DNA of 64,000 bases from a virus (IMGVR_UViG_2585427716_000002:59903-123902); one strand, 5' to 3'. Counted from the stretch's first letter, positions 10,201-20,249 are shown. Notes: generated from the letters alone by a model not told the origin. Numbers and translations are program-made.

Positions 10201-12503
10201 CCCGTACCCATAGCATTCATATCATCTAAAAATGACATAATTTTGGAGTAGTGGTAACCGCCACCTTCGTCTAGCATAATCTTAGCAATTTCATCTTCAC
10301 CGGTACGGCCACCATTAGTCACCTTAGCAGTATCTTTAAGAATATCAATAAGACTTCTACGTTCTTTTAAACCGAGATCGTTAGTTTTATAGACGTCAAT
10401 ACCTTTACCTTGTAAATCGTCTACAACAGTAGGCAATGTTACACGAGAAGCAAGTGTTTTAAACATGTTACCTACTACTTCACCTGTTTGTCCCGACCGT
10501 TGAATAGCAATGGCATTTAAAGCTACCGCTTGATCTGCGGATACTCCCGAAGCATTTAAAGCAGATCCTGAACGTGTCATTGCTTTCATTACTTCGTCGG
10601 AAGTAGATTTAGTTTTATTTGTAGCGACTGCAAAAGCTGATACGACATCGTTAAGTTCCCACACAGACAACTTAAACTGTGCCATTATTGCCTCTAAACC
10701 CGGTGCGATAGTCCCAACCAAATCAGACTCATTATCTAACCGATAAATTTTTGCTGCTTGGTCAGTAAACATTTTGGCCTCTTCTTTATCCTCTGTTAGA
10801 CGAGAAGCAACCGCCGCTACCTGAGACATCTTCCCATAATCAAGCGCATAGAAATTAGACATTTGTTTGACGTCGCCCATCATTTCTTTCAGGTCCGTGT
10901 CAACTGAACCCCAGTCTGTTTGTCCATTACTGTTTGTGTATGCGTCCTTTAGGGACATGTTCTGCATGATTTTAAGTTGCTCTTCTTGGGATGTTCGGAA
11001 TGTCTCAACAGCCTGATACATCGCCATCATAGGAGCACCTACCATCGAACCTGCTACTATGTGACGAACAGTGTTTGTCACTGCCCCCTCTAAACCAAAA
11101 TTATTAAAGTGGTCGTCCCGACGAGCATATGGGTCAGAATATGTCGGAGCGGAATCCTTCTTAGTGCTGTTGTTGTTTATCACCGTGTTATTGTAAACAT
11201 TGCCGCCACTGCCGCTGTTAGACATAGAGCGTAAACGTCCATTCCGGTTAATCGCTCTTGGCTCAGCAGTAACGGAACCTACCTCAGATCTCATGTACTC
11301 GAATTGTTTGTCAATAGACTCTCTAATCTTTTTGACAATGTCGTTATTCAACTTATTAATCTCATGGATCAGATAATGTTTAATGCTGTCGCTTGGTTCA
11401 ATTTCTACAGCACGGACTGATTGCTTTAATTGACTCATCAGTTTACTAGTGCCTGATGTTATCTTACTGTTTATAGTTTTCTCCAAACTCCCAAACTGTC
11501 TCTGCAACTCGTAGCTGCGTGCAGATCCTGTATCGATTGTCCCCAGTGTCTTATTTAACTCTGCTGGCGACACCTTCAAGTCATCAGCAATATACTGCTG
11601 CAATCTCTTAGACAGAGTCTTCATCGGGACTTCTACTGTACGAGGATCAATTCTTTCGATACCACTACGCATGGATTTAGCGTAGCTCTCAACGACATTG
11701 TCGATTCTCTTAGTTGTCCTTAGAATCTCATCCTCTATCTTGTTGTCCTTCTTACCGACCCCATCAAAGTTGAAATTCAAAGATTCTTTAACCTTGTCCT
11801 TTATCTTCGAAACCATCTGCGAGATGTCTCGCTGTGAGATCTTCAATGTCTGTCCATCAATATCTACATCAGGATTTAGCAACAAAGGCTTTAGCTGTTC
11901 CTTTATACTAAGTATAATATGTTTAACAGTCTCTTTGGAAACGTCCAATTCAAGACCTGATAAATGATCTTTATTGATCATTTCCCCGCCATTCTTCCGA
12001 AGTGACGAGACTAGGTTTTTAACTTGGATCTTCACTAACCTAGCGATCTCTTTATTTAACTCATCGAACTCATCTTTTCCAATTGGGATTGTTCCAGTGT
12101 TGTAGTTCGGGTCTATTTTTACATTTATGTTCCCAATCTGTTTTAGGATTGCCCGATTCAATTCAGCGTCCACTCTCGCAAACAAGTTACGGACTGTGTC
12201 TTGCCTAATTTTGAGAGGTGCTGTACCTATAGAAGATAAAGCTGCTCCGTTAGTGGACACGATGTTGCTTAGTTCTTGTTCAAGCTGCTTCCTAAGATTA
12301 CTCCCTGTAGATTTGGAGGCCTGAGTAGAAAGAGCAGACAGGGAATTTTTCATGGAGTCGATACGTTGGTCTAGTCTTCCGAAACGAGCGTCAAGCAACT
12401 CCATCTGCTCACCAAATGCTTGTATGTTAGCAATAGACTTATGGAACTCGAGGACAACATCTGCCCCAATACCCATTCCTTTTCCTTGCACTTCATCACT
12501 CAT
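7209..12503 (-). CDS. Tail tape measure protein
   Basis: 1764-aa helical protein with TMP core (AMTRSGSALNASGVSADQAVAL...GEVVGNMFKT); follows the tail chaperone. Confidence 0.92.
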   Translation of the reverse strand: MSDEVQGKGMGIGADVVLEFHKSIANIQAFGEQMELLDARFGRLDQRIDSMKNSLSALSTQASKSTGSNLRKQLEQELSNIVSTNGAALSSIGTAPLKIRQDTVRNLFARVDAELNRAILKQIGNINVKIDPNYNTGTIPIGKDEFDELNKEIARLVKIQVKNLVSSLRKNGGEMINKDHLSGLELDVSKETVKHIILSIKEQLKPLLLNPDVDIDGQTLKISQRDISQMVSKIKDKVKESLNFNFDGVGKKDNKIEDEILRTTKRIDNVVESYAKSMRSGIERIDPRTVEVPMKTLSKRLQQYIADDLKVSPAELNKTLGTIDTGSARSYELQRQFGSLEKTINSKITSGTSKLMSQLKQSVRAVEIEPSDSIKHYLIHEINKLNNDIVKKIRESIDKQFEYMRSEVGSVTAEPRAINRNGRLRSMSNSGSGGNVYNNTVINNNSTKKDSAPTYSDPYARRDDHFNNFGLEGAVTNTVRHIVAGSMVGAPMMAMYQAVETFRTSQEEQLKIMQNMSLKDAYTNSNGQTDWGSVDTDLKEMMGDVKQMSNFYALDYGKMSQVAAVASRLTEDKEEAKMFTDQAAKIYRLDNESDLVGTIAPGLEAIMAQFKLSVWELNDVVSAFAVATNKTKSTSDEVMKAMTRSGSALNASGVSADQAVALNAIAIQRSGQTGEVVGNMFKTLASRVTLPTVVDDLQGKGIDVYKTNDLGLKERRSLIDILKDTAKVTNGGRTGEDEIAKIMLDEGGGYHYSKIMSFLDDMNAMGTGDLNFFNMMKQIEDFQKNPDKLATMLSKTMDAPTVNMERAGISMDNALTSILEEMSPEIQMLSKNITNLAHGLEDNAETIANVIGVLTNALIGFGAMYGVKKLGQWGKYDEHKTNAEMRRNYFGETGLSGRQKYGATRFMDEYILDKSDTGKKASQNMSDRKFFNTAMKNDTLRPYFEELANLDRDRQREIRQYVKDKGRAGNVTDLLSIMDESRGYRQNKPGMTVDEVHQRSSFNATNLMNSRALEAVFDREFAAELVNSLQDRNKFDNLDSKDRNTAGKLADMDDNKRKDFESFLNQNYSGTGKAIKDMDELNQAMQKYEERTRRNASATRQGTESYRDLSRAVRDVGNEAERASRNRMDSFLNLLDSIPDRARGAGGAIMGIARNIGSFAKQLGVALAVGDVIGEISQNSLLTDGQKDIRDYRNSKNEAAKEYASFEKGGGLLGEFTSLQQFSKGTVLYWNQLKDMFLGNTSVGMDDVQNFKGEFESWMKEKYGTSDWKKAVNKANEEAKAKDKYADPVTLDDLTKNYLDESGSNNKLQKMEEKEFIKQYKEYAISEAEQAERKRKAEEARKAWENQMYDDGQLQWFSVDQMKTRIEERVQDVQSQNSLTQMSALLNGMKSDSEEYLQIRLEAIRKERKAYQEEIDALNQFVKEREEALRELQSKGKGKGSKEYASAKDALDEAKSKQKEVNKEFEPKMKELALEEQRTKVDGYLTIMQNNVSRSSAQKQYMDTLNSISMNTDTPQFYDAQIGNDQSLISSLQSELSNLEAQNMADPDNKLGDAMQSLRQQIASAQLEVKNLRLQRLQAWKNPFNNSMDDMEIKYMQERVNLGPGVSDDSFLARDLRIRELQERKSLVDKTLAQRRADLGNYSKGSSEYEQVMKDIRDLTKQSLQAQLGIHQELKSQMGGTFNLPDGVSAMSQYDYMARKGSHSNFTVQSGDMYVNITLPNVTDKTGSKQLSDLGRSLGQGLADGRSQALRTQLNSGPLGYRSF

Positions 12504-12566
12504 TTCCTCACCACCCTGTTTATAAACTAAAACCTGCCTTTCCAGTAGCTAGAAAAGCAGGGATAA

Positions 12567-12914
12567 TTACAAGATACTCGCTAACCACTCCATGTCCTCG
12601 ACATCAGCTACTTCGTACCCGTCAATAACTTGTTTTCCATCCTCATTGACATACGTTCCTGTCTGTTCGCTGGAGTTTGAAGAACCTCCACCAAACAGTC
12701 CTGAAAAAGCCATAGAGTTGACTTTCACAGTAAACTCAATATGTTTACGACACTTTTTAAGGTAGTAATTCAGCTGAGGTAGGGTTAGCTCCCAAACATC
12801 CTGTTTTTTGAAACCTAAGTAATGACCTAAGTTGAAGAATATTTCCGCCCAGTCGACATGGGCTTGTTCATCATAATTTTTTTCTTCTTCCTCAGAGTCT
12901 ATAACGACTTTTTT
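12567..12914 (-). CDS. Tail assembly chaperone, -1 frameshift extension (gpGT-like C-terminal part, 113 aa)
   Basis: Slippery heptamer A AAA AAG at 12914-12908; -1 frame open as VVIDSEEEEK...DVWELTLPQLNYYL...WLASIL* to TAA at 12567. Confidence 0.85.
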   Translation of the reverse strand, partial: KKVVIDSEEEEKNYDEQAHVDWAEIFFNLGHYLGFKKQDVWELTLPQLNYYLKKCRKHIEFTVKVNSMAFSGLFGGGSSNSSEQTGTYVNEDGKQVIDGYEVADVEDMEWLASIL

Positions 12915-13390
12915 AGCCCATTCAGACCAATCATGATGTCGATAATCTCTTTAGCAGAAACAATGTCAACATATTTCCCAAGATATTCAGCAGTCATGTT
13001 GGGGTAGTAAGGTTTAAAAGCCATAAGCAGTACATCAAGCAGTTCCTCATAACTATCTTTCCCCTCATCGTCCGCAATTAAGTTAGCAATAATCACACCT
13101 GTATCGATAGTGTTTAGTTTCTTCATTAAATTTTTAGCGTCAAGTAGCCCTAGCGGAGGAATTTTATAACTGATACCGTCCCTAAGTCGTACTGATTCGT
13201 CTTCCTCAAAGAATACCTTTTCGATGAACTCTGATTCTTCTTTGGATAGAGGCGCAGGAGTCTCTTCTTTAACTTGTGTTGCTTGCATGTCGCCTTCTTG
13301 ATTCTGTATATCAACTGTTTTTTGTTGACTTTCTACAACCGGTTGTTCTCCGGCCCTGTTAGGAATTGCAATATTACGATGTTCAGCCAT
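12899..13390 (-). CDS. Tail assembly chaperone (gpG-like)
   Basis: Between major tail and tape measure genes; ends GLKKSL over the slippery site. Confidence 0.85.
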   Translation of the reverse strand: MAEHRNIAIPNRAGEQPVVESQQKTVDIQNQEGDMQATQVKEETPAPLSKEESEFIEKVFFEEDESVRLRDGISYKIPPLGLLDAKNLMKKLNTIDTGVIIANLIADDEGKDSYEELLDVLLMAFKPYYPNMTAEYLGKYVDIVSAKEIIDIMIGLNGLKKSL

Positions 13391-13514
13391 ATCTATTCCC
13401 TCCTATTAATTAATCCCCTATCTATCACCAAAGAGCGAAAAGCAGGGGAATCTCAAATGCTCTCAGGATCAATATAAGGAAGTACGTACAAATCGTAACA
13501 CCCTCAAGAAAAGC

Positions 13515-13541
13515 AAAAACCCCGCACCAAGTGCAGGGTTT
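13515..13541 (-). terminator. Intrinsic terminator after the major tail gene
   Basis: Minus-strand hairpin AAACCCTGCAC-TTG-GTGCGGGTTT followed by T-rich sequence. Confidence 0.7.
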
Positions 13542-13549
13542 GATTATTT

Positions 13550-14641
13550 TTAGCAGATGTCCCCATCCGCATTGATTTGATAACGTTTCATTGAACCAAG
13601 ACGTTCATCAGAACGTTCGGGATCAATTACTGTTAGCGTTACCGAATGAGTAGCAGCAGTTTGTCGGGCAGCGTCCAATGTAAAGTTGGATTTTACACGG
13701 CAAGCGTACAACTCAGTTTGATACCCTTGAATAGAACCGTCTTTCTGTTCAAATTGACCATCGTGCACTACTGAAACAGTGAGAGGAAAATCTTTCGCTC
13801 CAATAGCCATTACGTCGACCACCTCAGGACGTTTATAGTTCACGTATACTTGCTCACCATCCAAGTAGTCATTAAAGGTTACCTCACCAGTCGATGGATC
13901 GATGACGTACTCTCCTTCACCAGGGTTACCTGTTACTTTCTTTAGTAGTTTGTTCTCTTTGGTTAAGCGGATAGAGACGTGCTCAGTTTTACTTGAAGCA
14001 GACCCTAATGCTCCACCAAACAAAGGGTGTTTCAATTGAACTTTGCTTCCTTTGACGTCATGCTTCTCTTCTAAGACCCACACAAATCCATCAGGATCAA
14101 TAGAAGAAGCAGATACCGGGTAATAAACAACAATTTCATCACCTGCTACAGCACCACTAGACAGTGTAACTGTAGAGCCGGAAGATTTAACATCGCTCTC
14201 TGATACAAAAGATCCTGCTGTTTGGTTGAACGCCTGTACTTTTGGTGCCCCTGAGCTAGTTAGGATAGGGTTAGACACGGTAACTGTGATTTTGCCCTCT
14301 CCATCGTCAGTAGCTGTAACAGCTTCGTTTTTAAGTTCGTAAGGTAGGCCACTTACACCTTCTCGCAGCTTGGCACCTAACACCAGACGGACCATATTCA
14401 TGTCAAATTTAGCGTCTTCGGCTGTAATGTCAATGACCTTTTTACGCAAAAGTGTGTCGATTGGAGCGGATGTATCTCCACCTTCAACATCGACCATGTC
14501 TAACTGAATATCTAATCGCATATTAGTCATGTGCCCCAATGTGATTAAGTCATCACAACCTGGGATTTTAGCCATGAATTTACCTGCACCCTTAATAATC
14601 ATCTTTTTATTTTTACCGGAGAACTTATCAAACTGTGACAA
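13550..14641 (-). CDS. Major tail (tube) protein
   Basis: 363 aa, position before the chaperone and tape measure genes, followed by a terminator. Confidence 0.8.
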   Translation of the reverse strand: MSQFDKFSGKNKKMIIKGAGKFMAKIPGCDDLITLGHMTNMRLDIQLDMVDVEGGDTSAPIDTLLRKKVIDITAEDAKFDMNMVRLVLGAKLREGVSGLPYELKNEAVTATDDGEGKITVTVSNPILTSSGAPKVQAFNQTAGSFVSESDVKSSGSTVTLSSGAVAGDEIVVYYPVSASSIDPDGFVWVLEEKHDVKGSKVQLKHPLFGGALGSASSKTEHVSIRLTKENKLLKKVTGNPGEGEYVIDPSTGEVTFNDYLDGEQVYVNYKRPEVVDVMAIGAKDFPLTVSVVHDGQFEQKDGSIQGYQTELYACRVKSNFTLDAARQTAATHSVTLTVIDPERSDERLGSMKRYQINADGDIC

Positions 14642-14647
14642 TTTGTC

Positions 14648-15097
14648 TCACCCCTCAATTCCGAATGTAAATTCTACTTGTGTAAAATACTTATAGGTGT
14701 TTTCAAGGTCAGTCTCATCCTCCGCTGAGGTTACAAAATGACCTTTGAAACTGCTTCCTTTAGACAACGGTAGGTATTTGCCATCAAAGAGATAGTTAAT
14801 TCGATCTGCTATCTCGATGGCTAACTCTACGTCATCATTTGTGTAAATGTCGAAGTCAAATGCAGTAACGTAAGATAAGTAATTCGTTAACTCTCTTTGC
14901 CCCGGCAGTTTGTAAAACGTGATTAATGGTAATTTACCGTCAACCAGTTCAACAGGATTCTTTCTTTTTTGAATTCGTAAAGCCATGTCTGTAGAGGTGG
15001 TTGATTCATCAAACCCCATCAATTTCCGAATGACTTCATCCTCCCTCAATGTCTTATGGATACAAGCATAGACATCAGAGATGTACAAGAAGGCCAT
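14648..15097 (-). CDS. Tail terminator/completion protein (start revised to ATG 15097)
   Basis: Synteny; FDFDIYT...IADRINYLF pattern typical of tail terminators. Confidence 0.65.
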   Translation of the reverse strand: MAFLYISDVYACIHKTLREDEVIRKLMGFDESTTSTDMALRIQKRKNPVELVDGKLPLITFYKLPGQRELTNYLSYVTAFDFDIYTNDDVELAIEIADRINYLFDGKYLPLSKGSSFKGHFVTSAEDETDLENTYKYFTQVEFTFGIEG

Positions 15098-15101
15098 CCA
15101 A

Positions 15102-15719
15102 TCACATCCTTTTGTAGATGTTTGCAACACTAATATAAGAAGAGATCGGCACAGATTTAACAGCTTCGAGAACATACTCATCCAAATGCTTAGCACCTGT
15201 CCAAAAACCTCGTTCAAACCAGTGGCTAGCTTTTACCGGCTCCCCTCTTCTGGACATGGCAGATAAAGGTTTGGGCTTCCCTTTCGTCTTGGAGAAGTGT
15301 TCATTTCCTCCAGCGTCCTTCCACTTTCCGAAAGGTCGTGTCCACACTCTCTCGCCCACTCGCTTAGGACGAGCGATATTCCAATTTGGATCATCAGTTG
15401 GGCTGTAGCTCTTAGGAGGGTTCATTAAGGAGCCAGTACCGTATTCGTAGTAAACTAATCTAAAAGATTGATTGGGCTGGCTTTCGTAGCCAGCCCTAAA
15501 TTGAGAGGTTATTGAGTGCGAGGTTTTAACAGACGCAAATCTAATAGAACTCTTCATTGCACTTACGTATTTCGAATCCAGCTCCCTAAAAGTAAGTGCC
15601 CCAAAATTCATTAGGATAGATTCAAATACTTCTTTCTCCACTTTATCTAAGGCTAGCTTTACGGCCGCTTCTATTGCTCTGATGTAATCAGCTTGGTTGA
15701 AACTTACAAACCTACCCAT
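15102..15719 (-). CDS. Tail completion / neck protein, HK97 gp10-like (start ATG 15719)
   Basis: YYEYGTG motif; synteny. Confidence 0.65.
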   Translation of the reverse strand: MGRFVSFNQADYIRAIEAAVKLALDKVEKEVFESILMNFGALTFRELDSKYVSAMKSSIRFASVKTSHSITSQFRAGYESQPNQSFRLVYYEYGTGSLMNPPKSYSPTDDPNWNIARPKRVGERVWTRPFGKWKDAGGNEHFSKTKGKPKPLSAMSRRGEPVKASHWFERGFWTGAKHLDEYVLEAVKSVPISSYISVANIYKRM

Positions 15720-15723
15720 ACAA

Positions 15724-16347
15724 TCACTTCCTAATATCCTTTGCAACTTCAATGACCACTAAATTAGGGAACGAGGTGTAGTCTAAAGACACTACTTTTA
15801 GTGAGAGGGTCTTTGATCTGTAACCAATCGTAATTTGATCAGTCAAATCTATATTTAAAGCGGTCGTGTATATACGATGTTCGGTTTCAGGATTAAGTCC
15901 AGGGTCAAACTGTCTTAACTCACTCCCCACATCCTCTAGGTAACACGGTATGTCCGTGTATTTTTCTCCGAAACTTGTCTTAATGTTCCCTCTATCATCA
16001 GCAATCTTAGAATTCCCTCTCAATGTTATCTTGTGATTACATTTCATGAGGTTAGCGACTACAGATAAAGACCTGTTGCCGTCGTACTCTTGATGTGTAG
16101 TGACTACGACATAATCTTCTCTGTGGTTTTTATTAAGGACGAAGTCTCCTGAATCAATATCAAAATCAGGAAGAAAAATTCCTTCTTTTTGGCTCTCAGA
16201 CATCTTCAAATTAGAGTTTGATCGTGCTGCTCTCCCTAAAAGCGCTTTAGTCTCCATGAGTGTTTCAGGTGAACCGTCAATATACCGTTGAACTTGAACA
16301 GCGGTTCCGTATTTTCGAATTATTGTAGACTTATAACCTTTACTCAT
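15724..16347 (-). CDS. Head closure / head-tail joining protein
   Basis: Synteny in the head-tail module. Confidence 0.55.
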   Translation of the reverse strand: MSKGYKSTIIRKYGTAVQVQRYIDGSPETLMETKALLGRAARSNSNLKMSESQKEGIFLPDFDIDSGDFVLNKNHREDYVVVTTHQEYDGNRSLSVVANLMKCNHKITLRGNSKIADDRGNIKTSFGEKYTDIPCYLEDVGSELRQFDPGLNPETEHRIYTTALNIDLTDQITIGYRSKTLSLKVVSLDYTSFPNLVVIEVAKDIRK

Positions 16348-16795
16348 AACGTTCTCTCACCGCCCTTTTTGAAGGAGCAACCACAAACGTATTGGTGGTT
16401 CCGGCACCTGTGTAGCATTCAATACTATTTAAAAGACTGTCCGCTGTAGTAAGGAGATCGTCCTGTAAATCGTCATATTTAACAGGAGATCGTCTCCAGG
16501 TAACGTCTATTGTCTTCACTTCATACTCGACACGACCTTTGACAGTAGAGCATAGCTTTGAAGCTATTAAGTGGATCATGGCAATTCGTGCTTTTTCTTT
16601 ATCGGCCTTGGGTACATCAGTACGGTCCAGGCATGGGACTAGACTTAGAACCTCCAATTCCGCTAAATCGAAGAATGCCGGATCTAAGATATCTTCATCA
16701 GACAAAGTCTCAGAATCTACTCCTCCTAACAACCTACGGACCGATTCGATGAAGGCTAGATCAGTCACGGGATCTATGACAATGTTTAAAGCCAT
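16340..16795 (-). CDS. Head-tail adaptor protein
   Basis: VRRLLG...LSDEDI pattern; position after the capsid genes. Confidence 0.6.
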   Translation of the reverse strand: MALNIVIDPVTDLAFIESVRRLLGGVDSETLSDEDILDPAFFDLAELEVLSLVPCLDRTDVPKADKEKARIAMIHLIASKLCSTVKGRVEYEVKTIDVTWRRSPVKYDDLQDDLLTTADSLLNSIECYTGAGTTNTFVVAPSKRAVRERYE

Positions 16796-16804
16796 CTAAA
16801 TCAC

Positions 16805-17269
16805 CTACTCTAATTCGGAAATTTTCACCTCAGGTTGACTTGCGGCCATTAAATTGACTACAGCAACATCTTTGAAGACTTTCCCCTCACCTTTAAGAAG
16901 GCGTTGGTCCTTGTCTCCCACCTGAACTTCACCTGCATTTACGTAAACATCACCATTACCTAAGTTTTCAACCTTCAATGAGACATTTTCGTTTTTTGCA
17001 TGGTAAATAAATTCTGTAAAGATACCCAGCTGATGGACTGTTTCAGTTACAACCTTGTCATTGGATTCTTCACTTTCTTCACTCGCAGGGGCGTCTTCGG
17101 TGATTTCAGAAACCTCTTTAGTTTCAGTTGATTCATCACCAACCTCTGTCGACGACTCTAGCTCCTGCACCATTTCCTCTAAAGCCTCAGTCTCCAATTT
17201 CTTTAGGTTTGTTTTAGTATCTACTCCCGCTTTATAAAGCTCTTCAACCATTTCTGTTTTTGTCGCCAT
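16805..17269 (-). CDS. Hypothetical virion protein with acidic linker (start ATG 17269)
   Basis: RBS AAGGAGG before MATKTEM; directly after the capsid terminator. Confidence 0.6.
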   Translation of the reverse strand: MATKTEMVEELYKAGVDTKTNLKKLETEALEEMVQELESSTEVGDESTETKEVSEITEDAPASEESEESNDKVVTETVHQLGIFTEFIYHAKNENVSLKVENLGNGDVYVNAGEVQVGDKDQRLLKGEGKVFKDVAVVNLMAASQPEVKISELE

Positions 17270-17298
17270 TTGTTGTGCCTCCTTATTCAATCGTTATT

Positions 17299-17342
17299 AA
17301 AAAAAGAGGTGGGTAGGGAGTCTACCCTTTGCCCACCTCTTT
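17299..17342 (-). terminator. Terminator after the major capsid gene
   Basis: Inverted repeat AAAGAGGTGGGTAGGG / CCTTTGCCCACCTCTTT with T-run on the minus strand. Confidence 0.75.
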
Positions 17343-17367
17343 CATGCCAAAAGAATGTCGTATTCTA

Positions 17368-18381
17368 TTACGTTAATGGGTTAACGATGTCAGGTAGTAC
17401 GATAGCGCCAAGATCGGATGTAATCTTTTGACCGTACCATTCCTCAGTCTCAATCCATAGGGTTTTAGAATCTTCTGAGTAGTATTCACGAGTCTTTTGA
17501 TTACCTACAACATTGGCTTGCGGGTTTGTCCATTGGTACGTATAGGCAGCGGCAGGGATATCACGTGCTGCTCCCTTCGGTAAGTACATAAGAACGGCAT
17601 TGTTGCCCCAAATGTAGTTAGTCATACCACCTTGCCCAACTCGACGTTGGTTGCTTGTCGCTCTACGGGCATTAGCTACAATTAGGTTGTCTACCCCAAG
17701 TAACTGTTTGATAGCTTCATCAGATACCATCTCAGGAGATGTAAAACCAGCCAAGGTAGATTTCAACTTCGGATGGAATTTTAGAATGTTGTACACAGGT
17801 TTTGATAATACAAGTGTATTCATGTCCATACCGCCGAGACGCTCTACCTTCTCTCGAAGTTTAAAGACATCCTTCATTGGATCGGAATTTTCATAGTCAG
17901 ACCATTTAATCAAGTCAGCTGTTGCGGATTCACCAACAGATACCCTAAGGTCCTTATGGAAATTGTTTTGATTTGTCATCAGATTTGCCGTATTAATCTC
18001 TTTATTTAGAAGCAACTTCGCTTTAACCTGTTTTGCGGCCATCTCTTTCAAGTTGAAGATAGCGTCTTCGTCAGCGTTTGCGATCTCTTCATCGTATAGT
18101 GCGTAACGTTTTGCATAGCCTTCTGCGTAGTAGGCGTCCTCACTCCATCCAGTACGCATTTCAGAAGCGACTGTACCAGGCGCTCTTCGGATGTCGTCAT
18201 CCGCAACCATGTGGTCCTGATAATCAAAAACCATGTACTTGTCTGATTGTTTCTGGACCTCGACAATCGGTACTACCTGCTCACCAATAAAGTTCTGTGT
18301 ATCTGTATAAGAAACAGAAATGTTGGTCAAAAACTGATCGTAGTGTGTGTTCTTAATATTATGCTGACCATGTGTTGGCAT
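17368..18381 (-). CDS. Major capsid protein (lambda gpE-like family)
   Basis: 337 aa; DQFLTNISV.Y, WSDYENSDP, LKFHPKL and YIWGN motifs. Confidence 0.85.
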   Translation of the reverse strand: MPTHGQHNIKNTHYDQFLTNISVSYTDTQNFIGEQVVPIVEVQKQSDKYMVFDYQDHMVADDDIRRAPGTVASEMRTGWSEDAYYAEGYAKRYALYDEEIANADEDAIFNLKEMAAKQVKAKLLLNKEINTANLMTNQNNFHKDLRVSVGESATADLIKWSDYENSDPMKDVFKLREKVERLGGMDMNTLVLSKPVYNILKFHPKLKSTLAGFTSPEMVSDEAIKQLLGVDNLIVANARRATSNQRRVGQGGMTNYIWGNNAVLMYLPKGAARDIPAAAYTYQWTNPQANVVGNQKTREYYSEDSKTLWIETEEWYGQKITSDLGAIVLPDIVNPLT

Positions 18382-18396
18382 TAATTGTTACCTCCC

Positions 18397-18798
18397 TTAA
18401 ACAGTTTTAGCACGAGGACGAATCAAGACTTGGACTTTATCCCCCGCATTCACTGAATTTTGTGCTTCACCTAGAATATTTGCGACAGTTCCTTCCGTTA
18501 GGCCTGCGGCCCGTTTTGCTTTTCCTCCAGCGGCTACAATAACCTCTTCACCGAAGGCGATTGGCTCTACAGCTTCGATTTGAGCAATACGGTCTAACTG
18601 AACAGCTACTGTCCCGCCATCTCGGTCCTCATATTGATAAGAGACAATCCCTACAGGGATTAAATTATCTTCCTTAGGGACCTCTACCTCACGCATTTTG
18701 CCACTATAAACAACAGCTTGATCAATGCCAACTGTTGTAAATGTCTCGTTAGCACGGAATGTATAAGGTCTCTGAAAACCAGTTACGTTACCTGCCAT
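18397..18798 (-). CDS. Capsid decoration/cement protein (DUF2190-like)
   Basis: 133-aa Gly/Ala-rich ORF between protease and capsid genes. Confidence 0.7.
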   Translation of the reverse strand: MAGNVTGFQRPYTFRANETFTTVGIDQAVVYSGKMREVEVPKEDNLIPVGIVSYQYEDRDGGTVAVQLDRIAQIEAVEPIAFGEEVIVAAGGKAKRAAGLTEGTVANILGEAQNSVNAGDKVQVLIRPRAKTV

Positions 18799-18812
18799 CT
18801 CCTATTTCCCCC

Positions 18813-20249
18813 TCACTCTGATTGTGATTTTGTCTGCAACTTAGCTAATTCGTTTCGAGTCAGTTCTTCTAAGTTACCGCCTTTTGTTCGGTAAATCTCC
18901 ATAGCGTTCTTGGCCGCTAATTCTCGCATTCTTGTTTTAGAGAGAATCTCGGTCTGATCGTTATTTTCTTGAAGTTCGACAGAGGTTACTCTAGCTTCTT
19001 CAACAGAACCTGGGAATTCCGATTGAAAAGCTGTAAGTTCTTCTTTTAGCTCATCGACACTTAAAGTTTCAGCGTATTTTTGGTAACGGTCTTTATTAAA
19101 CGCATTCCCTCGTGCCTTAACTCCAGCCTCAACTACAGAATCAATCAAATCTTTAGTGAATTTATCTGCTAATTCAGATTTAGCCGTTAGTTCGACATTC
19201 GTCTGCTCAGTTGCGCTCAATTTTTCTTCTAAAGCCTCAACTTTATCTTCAAATTTAGTGAGTTTGCCCTCAGCCTCTGACAGCTTCACCGATAAATCCT
19301 CTTTTTCACTTACAACTTTGTTGTACTCAGCCAGTGAGACAACATCTTTTGACTCGTCCGCCACCGATAATGATTGGTTATTAGTAGGCATTTCTTCACT
19401 TCCTTTCAGGTAGTTAATATCCTTACGTTCGGAAGTCGTAGTAAACAACTCCATATTTCCTTTTGACATCCTACACAATATCTGTGAATGTAAAGGGACT
19501 GTCTTAATGTCATCTACATTATAGAAAGTAGTTTCATCTTCTTTAACAGACCCTTGTAATCTTTCTGAAAATGTTTGACCCTCCGCAGCAAATTGGCCGT
19601 GTGTGATTATCGCTCTATTGACTGCACCTGCATAAACTAGGGAATTCTCTAAACCTTCACCTTTGTTGGCTACAATGTCACAGCGGCGTTGCTCAACTTC
19701 CTCCCCCACCTGAACATCGTAAGTTCGTCCAGGCAAATGAGAACATTTTTCGTAATCACGTATGTCATGGTTACAAATTGAACATTTAGGCTCTGTCATA
19801 GCAAAACCTATCGAGGTATCGAAGGTATGGCCCACATCTATGTGGTTAACTATATCTTGAGTAGTCATTCCATTGATCTCTGTTCGCAAAGGTACTTTAT
19901 TTCCTTCTCCGTCTTTCACATGAGTCACTATGTAATGATCGACATACATAGTCTCTACTGGTTCCCCATTAACATGATCAACCGTCACCTCAGCGTCAAA
20001 AGTACGTCCGAAAGGTAACCTACCGTTATCATGAGAAGCCAGCAAACCCACACCGGCCTTATAATCCTTCTTTAGGGAGTTGAGCATATTACCATTCATG
20101 ATAATACTATACTCTCCGAACCATCCGAAGCGCTGTACAGGTAACGTGTCAGCGGACAGACTGCGGAAAACATATACTTGGTCTTCATCTAAAGCAGAAT
20201 GAGAAAGTTTATTAATTTTCCTCAACTGCTCTTTTGTTGGCATTGGCAT
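18813..20249 (-). CDS. Prohead protease-scaffold fusion
   Basis: N-terminal protease-like region (SHD, TSIGF, CSIC, ENSLVYAGA) and C-terminal coiled coil. Confidence 0.78.
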   Translation of the reverse strand: MPMPTKEQLRKINKLSHSALDEDQVYVFRSLSADTLPVQRFGWFGEYSIIMNGNMLNSLKKDYKAGVGLLASHDNGRLPFGRTFDAEVTVDHVNGEPVETMYVDHYIVTHVKDGEGNKVPLRTEINGMTTQDIVNHIDVGHTFDTSIGFAMTEPKCSICNHDIRDYEKCSHLPGRTYDVQVGEEVEQRRCDIVANKGEGLENSLVYAGAVNRAIITHGQFAAEGQTFSERLQGSVKEDETTFYNVDDIKTVPLHSQILCRMSKGNMELFTTTSERKDINYLKGSEEMPTNNQSLSVADESKDVVSLAEYNKVVSEKEDLSVKLSEAEGKLTKFEDKVEALEEKLSATEQTNVELTAKSELADKFTKDLIDSVVEAGVKARGNAFNKDRYQKYAETLSVDELKEELTAFQSEFPGSVEEARVTSVELQENNDQTEILSKTRMRELAAKNAMEIYRTKGGNLEELTRNELAKLQTKSQSE

